A stretch of DNA of 64,000 nucleotides, from NCBI GenBank assembly GCA_965217775.1, contig CBDCJH010000002.1, forward strand, positions 2,784,001 through 2,848,000, given 5' to 3'. The translations under genes were made by a program, and so were the position numbers. Positions 20,973 to 31,728 of this stretch are shown piece after piece (positions within the stretch are counted from its first letter, which is position 1; every line of letters starts with the position of its first letter). A model generated the notes under the pieces. It saw nothing but the letters and a program-made list of their open reading frames with translations. It had not been told where the DNA came from and made no database searches. This DNA comes from Acidobacteriota bacterium. Its GTDB lineage: Bacteria > Acidobacteriota > UBA6911 > RPQK01 > JAJDTT01.

Positions 20973-21491
20973 ATGATGCGAGCGACTATCATTGGGCTAC
21001 TGGCTTTGTTCCTTTCCCATCAGGCGGCCGGACAGACTGTTGGGGAACAGAGAAAGGCTGAATGTCTGGAACGGTTGGAGGTGGTTCGGGCTATTGCTGA
21101 ACACACCTTGTGTTGGGCGGAAGGGATGAACACCGCAGTCCGCAGCCAGAAAATAAGCAGAGTCAGAGGTTATCCGAGTCTTGCGAGAATTCAGCTCAAC
21201 ATCCGTAGCATGGTGGGATCATTGAGGCGTACTGCAAGGGCTATGGTTGAGTCGGCGGAGGGCGCGCTGGAAGATGCGAAGGAGACGCGTCTAGAGCAGT
21301 ACGCGGATGATCGCTCCTACCGGAAGATGATGAACGATCTGCAAGACACCGAAGAGTTGCTAGAGGACGTGGATGAGGAAATGGCGCAGTTCATCCACCA
21401 GTTGAAGTCAGGCCCTTCGATGGGGATCGACGTCAAAGCCTTGAGGAAGGAATGCGATGAGGAAGAGGGGCATGGTGAAGCTGAAAATTAA
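20973..21491 (+). CDS. Hypothetical secreted alpha-helical protein
   Basis: 172 aa; AGGAGA Shine-Dalgarno; signal-peptide-like MMRATIIGLLALFLSHQAAG. Confidence 0.6.
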   Translation: MMRATIIGLLALFLSHQAAGQTVGEQRKAECLERLEVVRAIAEHTLCWAEGMNTAVRSQKISRVRGYPSLARIQLNIRSMVGSLRRTARAMVESAEGALEDAKETRLEQYADDRSYRKMMNDLQDTEELLEDVDEEMAQFIHQLKSGPSMGIDVKALRKECDEEEGHGEAEN

Positions 21492-23010
21492 CAGAGAACA
21501 GAACAGCCATAACAGGATTTTTCGTTTGTTGAACATGCCAGATCTCCTTTTTTTTGAGGAGATTGGAACACATTCAGATACCCCTCGGAAGATCGTCCAT
21601 GCCCTCATTTCGGGTCATGCCACACTGTTGGATTGCGGGGTTGTGCCGCGAAAGGGCCACTGGGGCGGTAGCCCAGCGCGTCTGCCAGTTCCGCCACGCC
21701 AGCATCTCCCTAATTCTACCAGCACCGTCAGCGGGTCCCACTGTGGCGAGCGGCATGAGGACATGCCGAGGTCCAGGAATCAATCCTTCCAGCAGCCAAT
21801 CTCTTGGGTAAAATGAGCAGTATTGTTCCCTTTCCTAACCCGCATTTCTCACCAGATAGAACAATAATCGGAAAATGAACCGCTGTTTGGATGATTCTTT
21901 ATCCACATGCACTCAAGGGACATCTTTCGTGGCTGAACCCGGCGACCGACGGCCCAATCCAGTGTTTTCCGGAGCCATTGGACGCCCCACAGGCCCTCTG
22001 GAGCGAGGCCTCTCTCCCAAGGGACCGATTCCGGGACGCAGTCCATCCTGGGGACTTCCTACTTGCCCGTTTCCGACGGTTCGCTTCCCTGCGTCGCTAA
22101 CACCGAAGCGGGATCGCTTGCAGTCGGGTCAGGACCGTCCTCAACAACGCCGCATACGGGTAGCCCTCGGAAAAGGACAACCAGACCTTGCGGGTGGTGA
22201 CCCGGACCTGAGCCCCGATCTTCAGCAGTTTCAGTCGCAGGGTCCAGCTCTGCGCCCGCGCCAGCTTCGTCCCGGCCAGCCCCACCCACCGCAACGTGTG
22301 CACCATCAGGTATGCAAACGCCGAAAAATACAAACGCAGTTGATTGGCCGCGATCAGTTTCGACGAGGTCCGGTCCGCAAACAGACCCAACTGCTGCTCC
22401 TTGATCCGGTTTTCCATGTCTCCCCGGGCGCAGTAGACTTCCTCGTACAACGTGTGCCCATCGCATTCTTCCAGCGGCACCGAAGTCACGATGAACCTCG
22501 GGTTCTCTCGCCCTGGCAAGTGCTCCACCTTCGCCACCACCCGCCGCTCCCAGGTCCAACTCTTGCGGGTCTGGTAGCGGAGTTCCTGGAACTGCCTCAT
22601 GGCTTTCCCCATGGCCTGCTGCAACTGCCGGACCACTTCCATCTCGGGCACGATCCACTTCTTCAGCCGATCGTTCTTCGCCAGCCCCAAGACGTAGTCA
22701 ACGCCTTCCTTCTCGCACCAGACCATCAACTCGTCGTTGCAGAATCCGCTGTCTCCCCGAACCGTGATCCGCACCTGGGGCCAAGCCTCACGCAGCCGCG
22801 TCACGATCCGTTGCAGCTCCGCCACCACCCCGTGGGCCGCCCCCCGATCCGCCGAGCGCAGCCGCGCACACAAGCCCGTGCTCCCCACAGAAGACGTACA
22901 GCGGCAGGTAGTATGTTGCGGACCTGATTATGTTGCGAACCGGATCCAAGTGCTCGCGGACATGGCGATTGGTCTCTTGGATGCCAACATAACGCGCGCT
23001 GCCCGGGAGA

Positions 23011-24027
23011 TTACAGGGAATCGAGGAACACCATCAGTGTCGAGTCGCTGTGCCAAGTGGGAGTGGCGGGTGGTGACAGGTCTGGCACGTTGTCCGTACA
23101 GGTTTCGAGGGCCTTCGCCTTCCGGGCCAGATCGACTTCAGCGTATCGATTCGTCGTTTCGAGGGATACATGACCCAGCCACGCGCGGATCGTATTGATG
23201 TCGACCCCGGCGCGGAGCAGGTGCACGGCGGTGGTGTGCCGCAGAGTGTGGGGGCTCACTCGCTTGGCGAGCAGGGAGGGAGTGGCGAGCGCCGCTACCA
23301 GGGCGGTGCGCTTGACGAGCGCGTAGACGCCGTGGCGGGTGAGTGTCCGGCCTTGCTTGTTGAGGAACACCGGGGCCTCGGGGGAACCGTCGAGGCGTGC
23401 GCCGAGCAAGTCGCGCAAGGTGTCCGCAGTGCGTGGCCAGAGAGGGCAGACGCGCTGCTTGCGGCCCTTGCCGACGAAGCGCGCCGCGAGGGTCGCCGCG
23501 AGGCTGAGATCCGTGATCCGCAAGCCGGCTGCCTCGCTGGCCCGGGCTCCTGTGTTGTACAGCAGGAGCAGGAGAGCGTAGTCCCGGCGGCCCTGCCAGC
23601 GACGGCGATCCGGCACGGCGAGCAGGGCCTCGACCTCGGCCTTTTCCAAGTAGGGCATGACGGGAAGCACGGCGCGGCAGTTCGGAATGGCTTGGATCTG
23701 CGCGGCGTGGTCCACCAGTTCCGGCACCAGCCGTCCGGTGAAGCGGAACAGTGAGCGCAGGGCCGTGAGGCGCTGGTTGCGGGTGGCCGCGGAGCTTCCG
23801 CGGTGGTCTTTGAGGTCGCGCAGGAACTCGCGTAGCAGGGTCGCGTCGACCTGCTCGACTGTCACGCGGGTCGGGTCGGTCCCGTACCGCTCGGCGAGGA
23901 AGCGGAAGAGCAGTCGGATCGTGTCGCGGTAGCTCTTTTGCGTGTTCGGGCTGAGGCCCCGGTCGGCAGCAACTTCCTCGACCAGGAAGCGGCGGACGAA
24001 CGGGCCGATCGGGTGTGTGGGATTCAT
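23011..24027 (-). CDS. Tyrosine recombinase RitC
   Basis: 338 aa; YNTGARASE, GKGRKQR and SPHTLRH...LGH...TNRY. Confidence 0.9.
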   Translation of the reverse strand: MNPTHPIGPFVRRFLVEEVAADRGLSPNTQKSYRDTIRLLFRFLAERYGTDPTRVTVEQVDATLLREFLRDLKDHRGSSAATRNQRLTALRSLFRFTGRLVPELVDHAAQIQAIPNCRAVLPVMPYLEKAEVEALLAVPDRRRWQGRRDYALLLLLYNTGARASEAAGLRITDLSLAATLAARFVGKGRKQRVCPLWPRTADTLRDLLGARLDGSPEAPVFLNKQGRTLTRHGVYALVKRTALVAALATPSLLAKRVSPHTLRHTTAVHLLRAGVDINTIRAWLGHVSLETTNRYAEVDLARKAKALETCTDNVPDLSPPATPTWHSDSTLMVFLDSL

Positions 24028-24974
24028 TGTGGGTCTCCAGGCTCGCCGAGCGCGGCGTAGCGCTGGAAGCGCAACGAAGCCTCGGCCAGCAGTTCAGGGG
24101 TCATGGTGAGATAGGCCTGTGTGCCGGCCAGGCCGGCATGGCCGAGGTAGGTCGCCAGCCAGGGGAGGCGGGCTTGCACGTCCACGCCTTCGCGGTACCA
24201 GGCGACGAGGCGGTGAACGGCGAAGGTGTGCCGCAGATCGTGGAGGCGCGGCTGCCAGCGAGCGTCCGGTGGATGGACGATGCCGACGTGCTCCCGGAGT
24301 CGGACGAACGCCCTGCGGAGCTGGGCATACGAGAGCGCGCCGCCGCCCCCGGACGGGAACAGGTACGAGCGGTCGCCGTCGCTGCTGGGCAGGTGCAGGC
24401 GGGCCTGCCGGTAGGCTCGGAGCGCCTCACCCAGGGAGGTTCCAATCGGCACGAGGCGGGACTTGGAGAACTTCGTGTTCCAGATCGTCAGGACACGGCC
24501 CACAAGGTCCGTGTCGCAGAGACGCAGCCGCAAGCCCTCGCCCGGTCGCAAGCCGGCCGCGTAAAGCAGCAGTAGTAGCGTGCGGAATGTCTCCGGCCGC
24601 AACGGGCGGCGGTTGTCCGTGAGGATCTCCGTGGCATCCAGCAGTTGCTGGAGTTCCGCCAGCGAGTAGATGTGGGGCTGGAACGAGCTGCGGATGCGCG
24701 GCGCCGGCTCCGGCAGGGGAGACCCGGCCAGGTGGCCGCGGGCCACCAAGTGTCGGAAGAAGCCTTGGAGCACGCGGTGCTTGGCCGGCCACCAGCGGGT
24801 CGGCGGGCCGGAGCCGCGGCAGAAGTCACGGGCGGTGCTGGCCTCGATCACTTGGACAGCAATGTCGCCTGCGGCGCGCGCGAACGATTGCAAGATGCGC
24901 AACTCGGTGTCGTAGACCGCCCCGAGCGAGCGCTTGAGGGTGACATAGGAGTGGACCGCTGCGGAAAGCTTCAT
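24024..24974 (-). CDS. Tyrosine recombinase RitB
   Basis: 316 aa; YAAGLRPGE, TKFSKSRLVP and RLHDLRH...LATYLGH...TQAYL. Confidence 0.9.
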   Translation of the reverse strand: MKLSAAVHSYVTLKRSLGAVYDTELRILQSFARAAGDIAVQVIEASTARDFCRGSGPPTRWWPAKHRVLQGFFRHLVARGHLAGSPLPEPAPRIRSSFQPHIYSLAELQQLLDATEILTDNRRPLRPETFRTLLLLLYAAGLRPGEGLRLRLCDTDLVGRVLTIWNTKFSKSRLVPIGTSLGEALRAYRQARLHLPSSDGDRSYLFPSGGGGALSYAQLRRAFVRLREHVGIVHPPDARWQPRLHDLRHTFAVHRLVAWYREGVDVQARLPWLATYLGHAGLAGTQAYLTMTPELLAEASLRFQRYAALGEPGDPQ

Positions 24975-26221
24975 GCGAGGTCCCCGAGATCTTCAAGCGC
25001 GACCAAGCGCAGCGAGCGCAGGGCGACCTTCGCATACGTGCGGGTGCTCTCGGGGCTGCGGTGGCCGAGATGGTCGCCCACTTCCTTGAAGCTGTATCCC
25101 GCCTCGACGAGATGGCGGGCGCAAGCATGTCGGAGACCCTGCGGACCGCGGCCCTTGCAACGGGCGGCCGACGCCGGCAGATACCTTTCGACCACCTTGT
25201 AAAGCCCGCTGGCGGACAGCGGCGCGTACGGTGCCTGCAAGCCGAGGAACACGGTCCTGCGAGCCGTCCTGGGCCGGGCTTGCGATAGGTAGCGGGCGAT
25301 GGACTCGCCGACCTGCGGATGCAGCGGGGCCACGTCCTGCCCTCCGCCCTTGGACCGCTCGAAGCGGATCCGGTCCTCAGCCCAGTCCATGTCGTCGAGG
25401 CGCAACCGCCGGGCCTCGCCCGAGCGCACGCCGTACACGGTGAGCAGCAGCAGGATCGCGCGGTCCCGAGTCGACTGCGGATCGTCGCCCGCTGTCGAGG
25501 CGAGCATGCGACCGACGGCTTCCCAGGTCGGGCCCAGCGGCAGCCCCTCGTGCCGATACAGACGCGGTCGCAAGACGGCGCCCGCCAAGCCGGCACGCAT
25601 CCAGCCGCGCTGGCCGCCGTACTCGAACCACTTGCGCAGCGACGTGACGGTGATGGCCAGGGAGCGCTTGCTCCAGCGCTGCCCCATGCGTTGGAAATAA
25701 CTGTCGATATCGTCCGCGGAGACTGCGCTCAGAGCGACTCCGCGCCGGTGCAAATCGTCGAGAAAGCGCTCGATCTGCCAGCGCCCCGTCCGGCAAGTCG
25801 CCTCCGACCGCCACTGCAGTTCGTGCTGGGCGCTGATGAATTCATCGAGCTTGCCGGAGTGCTCGCCGAGCGTGCGGGCCGGAGCCGGAAGCAGTCGCCC
25901 GAGACTGTCCAGGAATCCGGTCGCCACTCGATGGAAATACCACTGCGGATAGCGGGGGCCGGCCGCCTTCCCGGACGCGGTGCGCTCGATGGCCCATTGT
26001 GCGGCCCATCCCGCGACCTCCTCACGCGTGAAGCAGCGCTCGGGTGGCCAGCGGTGCAGCATGCGAGCGACACGCAAGCAGTACGCCGCGTGGCACACTA
26101 GCGTCCCGCGCGCCAGCCCCGTTGACGCCAGCTGGCTCAGGTATGCGGCCCGCCCCTCTGCGAGAGGGCCGTTGCGATGTCGGCTCAGAGCGGCCGAACT
26201 GGTAAACAATGTCTCGAACAT
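24971..26221 (-). CDS. Tyrosine recombinase RitA
   Basis: 416 aa; VYGVRSGE, RSKGG and GPQGLRH...LGHRS...TRTYAK. Confidence 0.88.
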   Translation of the reverse strand: MFETLFTSSAALSRHRNGPLAEGRAAYLSQLASTGLARGTLVCHAAYCLRVARMLHRWPPERCFTREEVAGWAAQWAIERTASGKAAGPRYPQWYFHRVATGFLDSLGRLLPAPARTLGEHSGKLDEFISAQHELQWRSEATCRTGRWQIERFLDDLHRRGVALSAVSADDIDSYFQRMGQRWSKRSLAITVTSLRKWFEYGGQRGWMRAGLAGAVLRPRLYRHEGLPLGPTWEAVGRMLASTAGDDPQSTRDRAILLLLTVYGVRSGEARRLRLDDMDWAEDRIRFERSKGGGQDVAPLHPQVGESIARYLSQARPRTARRTVFLGLQAPYAPLSASGLYKVVERYLPASAARCKGRGPQGLRHACARHLVEAGYSFKEVGDHLGHRSPESTRTYAKVALRSLRLVALEDLGDLA

Positions 26222-26342
26222 GGTGAGAACCTCCCGAAAAGAGGCTCTACCAAGTTAAGAACTATGTTGCCAATCCTCGTACGAACCTGTTTGTTCTCAA
26301 TATGTTGGATGCGTTCCGCAACATAACCGGGTCCGCAACATA

Positions 26343-26376
26343 CTACCTCTTATGTTGTTGACAACATAAGAGGTAG
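26343..26376. repeat. 34-bp palindrome abutting the RIT end
   Basis: CTACCTCTTATGTTGT-TG-ACAACATAAGAGGTAG (perfect 16-bp arms, 2-nt spacer). Confidence 0.9.
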
Positions 26377-27073
26377 CAGTAACGCTTGTAGTACCCGTGG
26401 AAGAATCGACCCTCCTGCTTGCCGTGCAACGGATCGTCCGTGGCGTCCACGTCCAGGATCACCTCCTTCGGAGGCTCCGCATGCGCCTCCACGAACACGT
26501 CCAGCAGCAGCGCGTCCATCGCGGCCGGATCCTCCACGATTTTCCGGTACCGTCCCTGCGGACCCTTGCTCGGAGTCCGCTCCAGCCGGTGCAGCGTGCT
26601 CTTGCCTGCCAGCGGCTTCCCTCGGTCCGACTCCCGGCGCCGGAACTCTCCCGTCAGGTCGTCCCGGTCACACAGCAACGCCAGCAGCCGGTCCCGGCAC
26701 AACTCGTCGTGGTCGTTGAGATCCTCGTAGCCCAGACACAGTCCGTACACTCGCTGCTTGACCAGCGCCTCGACCGAATGCTCGATCCGATCGGGATCCC
26801 GACGGTCGGTGAAGCACTCGCTCAGACGACCCAGGATCCGGGTCCGGTGCTCCACCTCTCGCAAGAGGACGCCACCGGCGTCGGAGGTGATCTCGCCGCC
26901 GTCGAACCGGCCCACGACGTCTCTTCCGTCCAAGCCCTGAAAAAGCAACTTAGTTCTGGTACAATCTGCGTTCATAAGGTCGCGTTCCTTCTGCTCTGTA
27001 AGTTATTGATGTCACAACACTTATAGCAGAAAACGCGGCCTTTATCAATCTTTCTGGTGAGAAATCCGGGCTA

Positions 27074-27500
27074 GCGTTCCAATGGGCGTGCTCGGGACTC
27101 ATCTTGTCGTAGGTCCCGACGTAGCCGCGCTTGAGCATGGACCACAGGCTCTCACTGCCGTTAGTGTGGACTTGATATCTGACATACTCTTGGCCGGAGT
27201 GATTCGCGGAGTCATGAGCGTATTGCTTCAATCCGATGTAGGCCGGTGAATCGACCGTGTAGACTTCCGCTTCGGGAAGGACCGCATCCCGGACGAACTT
27301 CAACGGGGTCTTGCGTCTGGTGTCCTCGACAACCCTGGCCGCGACACGCTTGGTCTTGCGGTCCTTGGCTCCCACGACAGCCGTCTCTCCCACGGCTCCC
27401 CGTCCCCCCCGTCTTGGAACGCTTCGACTTCGGCATGTTCCGGCGACGGCCACCGAGGAAGGTCTCATCGACCTCAACCGGTCCGGTCATCATCGTGGCG
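27074..27500 (-). pseudogene. IS1595-family transposase remnant
   Basis: GPVEVDETFLGG, AVVGAKDRKT and VHTNGSESLWSMLKRGYVGTY; frameshifted and cut by IS1380. Confidence 0.75.
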
Positions 27501-27736
27501 TCTCCGAAAGAAATTGACAGTAAAGCATCGGTCCGGTTCGATGAGCGGGGAGAGGCAATGTGGTCACGGTGGAGATTGAGGCACCGGCATGATGGCGAAA
27601 GCCGCCGGCAACAGCGACTCCCAACCACCTACCGCCGTCGCGCCTCTCCTCGACTCTACACAGATAGAGAAAGGCCGAATTCTGTGGTATAAGTGGTTTG
27701 CCCAAAACAACTTAAAGAACCACGGGAACACTACCA

Positions 27737-29191
27737 TTATCTATCTATCTGGTGATCTATCCCGGTTAGCAGTTCGAGCTGCTGTACGGCTTCACGGAAA
27801 CCGATTTGCCCCTGTCCGCTCCGGATGGCCTGCTTGACTCTGTCGAAGATGCGTTCCGCGTGTTTACCTTCCGAAACGCGCTCCTGAATTGCGACGTCAC
27901 CGCCTCTTTCTCTAAGCTCACGGTCAGTTTGTTGCCGAGTTATGTAGTAGCCCAACAGACGGGTGCGGATGGGATCAGGCGAAAACAGCGTGGAGCCGTC
28001 GATCTCGGGCAACGACATATTGGGGATCTTATCCTCCAGAGCGGCAAGAACGATTGTACTTTCAAACTCGGCACCCCACTCTTCGTGTTGCAGGTTTTTC
28101 AGGCCCGGGTGACCGAAGATGGTTTTGACGACATCCAGATCGGTGGCCTCGCTACGGCAGAACCGATGATAAAGATCGGAGTCTATCGTCCGGAGAATCA
28201 ACGCGACCGTCGTCGCCAACTCGTAGTCATGTTGGTCACTGCGCAGTAACGCGTACAATAGTCCCAGGCGGCAGATGGCCTGACCGACGGTCCGAAGACT
28301 GAGATCGGAAGCACCGAAAAATTTCTGCAGCATCGTGCGAAGCTTCTCGCCCAACGGTGTCTTATCGAAGTAGTCGGCGATTTCTGTAGCCCGGATCTGC
28401 TCGCAAATAAACGCATCGCGGTCCGGCTCAGGCAGATAGAAGTCCACGTCAACGAATCGGCGCAAATATCCCTTAGCGTCGAAGTCACTGCCATACAGGG
28501 CTTTGACCGAGTGCGCGAGCTGGTCGAGATTGACCGCCAGCACGAAGACGATATGGTCCACGAAAAACAAGTGCTTGGCCACTTCCAGGAGTTCGACGGC
28601 ATAGGATGGACGGCACCGGTCCAGCTCATCGATGGCCACAATCAGAGGACGATTCCCGTTGGCCTCGAACAACTTCGCCGCCGTGTCCTGAAGAACGCGT
28701 TTGAACTTCGCGACCGATTTCCGGGCTTCGCGGTGTCCGGACAGCCTTTCTTCTACGTAAGACGCGGCTTTTTCGCCCAGCTTCTGGCTGGCGCCCGGAA
28801 CGGACGATGCCGCGATTCGAATAGCGATTGGAACCACCCAACAAAGGACCTTCTCTGAGGCTTCCTGGAGCTGTGTCGTTTCCCCCGATCTAATCCCATC
28901 TATCAGCTCGGTAGAGAGAGTGAAAAACGGCTCCGAGGAGAAATCGGTCTCCCAGGCGTTGATCTCAACCACTGGGAACTCCTTGTTGCGCAGGTGCTGT
29001 GTCCACATTCTGAGGAACGTGGTCTTGCCAGCACCCCACGCGGCATCGACCGCCAGGACGCAGGGACCCTCGTCGAGATTAACAACGAGGCGAGTGAGCA
29101 CCTCCGCAGGCTTCTTGCGACCGAGCAGATCGTACTTGAAGGGATCGTCCTTGGGAACTTCGACATCGCGGGGTTTTATGGGTATGCCCAT
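27737..29191 (-). CDS. KAP-family P-loop NTPase
   Basis: 484 aa; Walker A DAAWGAGKTT, Walker B IVAIDELDRCRP, and GYLRRFVD. Confidence 0.88.
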   Translation of the reverse strand: MGIPIKPRDVEVPKDDPFKYDLLGRKKPAEVLTRLVVNLDEGPCVLAVDAAWGAGKTTFLRMWTQHLRNKEFPVVEINAWETDFSSEPFFTLSTELIDGIRSGETTQLQEASEKVLCWVVPIAIRIAASSVPGASQKLGEKAASYVEERLSGHREARKSVAKFKRVLQDTAAKLFEANGNRPLIVAIDELDRCRPSYAVELLEVAKHLFFVDHIVFVLAVNLDQLAHSVKALYGSDFDAKGYLRRFVDVDFYLPEPDRDAFICEQIRATEIADYFDKTPLGEKLRTMLQKFFGASDLSLRTVGQAICRLGLLYALLRSDQHDYELATTVALILRTIDSDLYHRFCRSEATDLDVVKTIFGHPGLKNLQHEEWGAEFESTIVLAALEDKIPNMSLPEIDGSTLFSPDPIRTRLLGYYITRQQTDRELRERGGDVAIQERVSEGKHAERIFDRVKQAIRSGQGQIGFREAVQQLELLTGIDHQIDR

Positions 29192-29673
29192 GTTCGGTCC
29201 TTGTCAGCGGGCCACTGTATTGAGGAAATCCTAAATCTGCAAATGTTGAATCTGTGAATGGCCGCGCTGCACGTAGGAGGAGTTCCGCAGGCTCCTCTAA
29301 AAGCTCCAGATCATACCAATGCTAATATAGACGATGGTACCGCTCGTGGGGGCAGTTCAGTTGATGCCCTCTGAGGTACGTATATCGGAGGGCTGGCGAT
29401 TGTCTTTATTTAAAGTGGGGGTTTCCAGAAAATCAGAACAATTGCGAAAGGTGCTCCTGAGTCTGGACAAGTTACTTGCGGATACAAAAGACAGTAAAGA
29501 CCTCGCGAGTTTCGGCAGAAAATACCCGGCACACCTGGACACCATAAAGTCTGATCTCAAGCAAGCTCGCCAGCTCTTGTACAGGGTAGTGGAGAAACTC
29601 AATTTTCCAAAGGATAAGTGGACAGGCGTGCCCGTTTCGCGTGGGCACTCACCTCGGTTGATACATCGGCGTA

Positions 29674-31728
29674 CTACTCAACTCCCAGACTCTTGAACGC
29701 CGCATCCCGGGGATCGGAGTAAAAACTGGTCTGGAACTTAGCAAATAACTCTCCGGGGATGGTTGGAATGTCCCCGACACTGGCCATCGGAAGCAGGATT
29801 CTCTTCGCGCCCGCATCAAACGCGACCTGAAGTGACCCGGCCAGATTTTCAACCGGAATAATGCTGCCGCCGAGGCTCATACTCCCCAGCACGACCATTT
29901 GCGATTGAACCGGCTTACCGAGGACGCCCGAACAAAGAGCTACAAAGGTTGTCAGAGTCATTGCCGTAGTCGGACCCGTGTTCTGAAGTTCGACGACGTG
30001 CAAGTGAAAGTTGTGATCAGCGGGTTTTGCCGAAGCACTGACCGAAGAGGCATTGGCTTTGAAATAGTCGAAGCCGACCTTGTTACTTTCCTTTGCTGTG
30101 GTATTAGACCCTAAGCCGGAAAGTGTGAGCTTTCCATTTCCAGCGGTGACCTGGGTCTCGATCCGGTAGACCCCGAGGCGCCCGCTGCTCCCGTTTGCGA
30201 TGGTGTGAAGCACGCCAGGGTTGAGCGGACCGTCAGGTATGAGGGCACCGCCACCCTGCTCAGGGACGCTAATAAAGTGTTCCTCCATCGTCTCCTGGTC
30301 GATGTAGGAAAAGTTCACATCGTAAAACTCCATCCCGCCGATCTTCTTCAGTTGCTCTTTGACCCTTCGCCGCGTCTCAAGGGCGTATTCCAGGCAGCTC
30401 CGCACGGCTTCCCTGTCGTACTCTTCGTTGGGGTACAGAAGCTTAAGCAGCCCAGAGACGGTGTGCCTGACCGCAATGGTGTCCCGCTGATTCAGGTCCC
30501 GGCCGAGTGTGAAGTATTTGTTGATCGCATCGCCGAAGTTTCGCTTGCGCATCTCGCGGAAAAATGCCGCCAGATAATCGACGATCAGCCCATACTGGTT
30601 CGTGAAAAACTCCGGCCGCATCTTCGGAATCTCCCATCCCGGAATATAGGCATGGAAGCGGTCGAAGAATGCGGCGTCGATCATGGCCTCCGGAAACGGT
30701 GCCAGGAGATGGCTGGTCTTGACCAACGTGTCTACGGGCTGGTTGATGTTGCCGGCAAAGACCATTGACGCATCAGCGTTCACCGGGTCGCGACCCCGCG
30801 CGAATGATCCGGAGGCCATATAGTCCTTCATGATCTGGACGCCGGCATTGTCCTTGAAGCTGATTCCGGCGACCTCGTCGAAGGCCACTACATCATAGAG
30901 CCCGACCAGCCCCACGGTTCGGCGGGCAAGGTTGTAAAACAGGTTTGCAACGGTGGTTTGCCCCCCCGAGACAAGGATACTGTTCGGACTGATTTCTTTG
31001 TAGAGATGGCTCTTTCCGGTTCCCCTCGGACCCAACTCGCAGACGTTGTAGTTGTTCTCCACCAGCGGTACAAGACGGCACAGCAGGTGCCACTTCGCAC
31101 GATCATCGAACTGGGTCGGATCAAATCCGCAGGAACGCAGCAACACATCAATCCATTGCGCCTCGGTAAACTGACGCCTCCCGGTAAACAGCTCTTCCAT
31201 ATCCATGTTCGGCATCTGGATTGGATTGAGCGAATCGATAATGAAAGGCGACCCCTTTTGCCCCTCCTCAAAAAAATAGTGCATCGTAATGATCGACCAG
31301 ATCCCGCCAGCCAGTAACTTCTCATATTTCCTGACCGTCTCCGTACCGATTTCGACGCCCTTCGTTCCCAGGTTCGACAATAGCGCCTCGTAGACATCCC
31401 GCTTTTCATTCAGCTTGACGGTCGCCTTATCAATGACCTTCAAACCGCCTCGCTCACGGATGGTGGATTTCACCTTTTCGGCCTCGTCGGGCCGAACGTA
31501 GTTTTCGGCGAGGATCCGCTTCACTGTTGCCAATCCGTCCTCGATCACGACCGGGTCATTGGAGGCGCAGTAGATACCCAGAAGATACTCGAGGACATAG
31601 ACGGGAACGTTTGCGCCTTCCTTGATCAGCTGGGTCAGGTCCTTACGAACGACTCGGCCAGCGAAATGCGAATTGAGCAGATCGTCGAGGCTAGGATCGG
31701 TTTGGACAGTTTCAAAAGTCGAAGTCAT
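29674..31728 (-). CDS. brxL: BREX Lon-like protease/AAA+ BrxL
   Basis: FAGRVVRKDL, ELGPRGTGKSH, VVAFDEVAG and a C-terminal Lon-like domain; likely start MTSTFE at 31728. Confidence 0.93.
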   Translation of the reverse strand: MTSTFETVQTDPSLDDLLNSHFAGRVVRKDLTQLIKEGANVPVYVLEYLLGIYCASNDPVVIEDGLATVKRILAENYVRPDEAEKVKSTIRERGGLKVIDKATVKLNEKRDVYEALLSNLGTKGVEIGTETVRKYEKLLAGGIWSIITMHYFFEEGQKGSPFIIDSLNPIQMPNMDMEELFTGRRQFTEAQWIDVLLRSCGFDPTQFDDRAKWHLLCRLVPLVENNYNVCELGPRGTGKSHLYKEISPNSILVSGGQTTVANLFYNLARRTVGLVGLYDVVAFDEVAGISFKDNAGVQIMKDYMASGSFARGRDPVNADASMVFAGNINQPVDTLVKTSHLLAPFPEAMIDAAFFDRFHAYIPGWEIPKMRPEFFTNQYGLIVDYLAAFFREMRKRNFGDAINKYFTLGRDLNQRDTIAVRHTVSGLLKLLYPNEEYDREAVRSCLEYALETRRRVKEQLKKIGGMEFYDVNFSYIDQETMEEHFISVPEQGGGALIPDGPLNPGVLHTIANGSSGRLGVYRIETQVTAGNGKLTLSGLGSNTTAKESNKVGFDYFKANASSVSASAKPADHNFHLHVVELQNTGPTTAMTLTTFVALCSGVLGKPVQSQMVVLGSMSLGGSIIPVENLAGSLQVAFDAGAKRILLPMASVGDIPTIPGELFAKFQTSFYSDPRDAAFKSLGVE

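Larger units (their letters stand above)
22912..26342 (-). mobile_element. RIT (recombinase-in-trio) element
   Basis: Three overlapping tyrosine recombinase genes; terminal IRs TATGTTGCGGACC(T/C)G(A/G)TTATGTTGCG; extra internal TATGTTG motifs at ~22985 and ~26263. Confidence 0.9.
21839..27070 (-). mobile_element. IS1380-family element interrupted by a RIT element
   Basis: IRs CCCGCATTTCTCACCAGA (21839) and CCCGGATTTCTCACCAGA (rc, 27070). Transposase halves 26975-26371 and 22911-22097 join as ...HGYYKRYCY|LPLYVFCG... Confidence 0.9.

Noticed and set aside
29334-29696. 120-aa + strand ORF between KAP and brxL
   Set aside because: Plausible helical fragment, but no clear start or motif and it overlaps the brxL end; not supportable as a gene.
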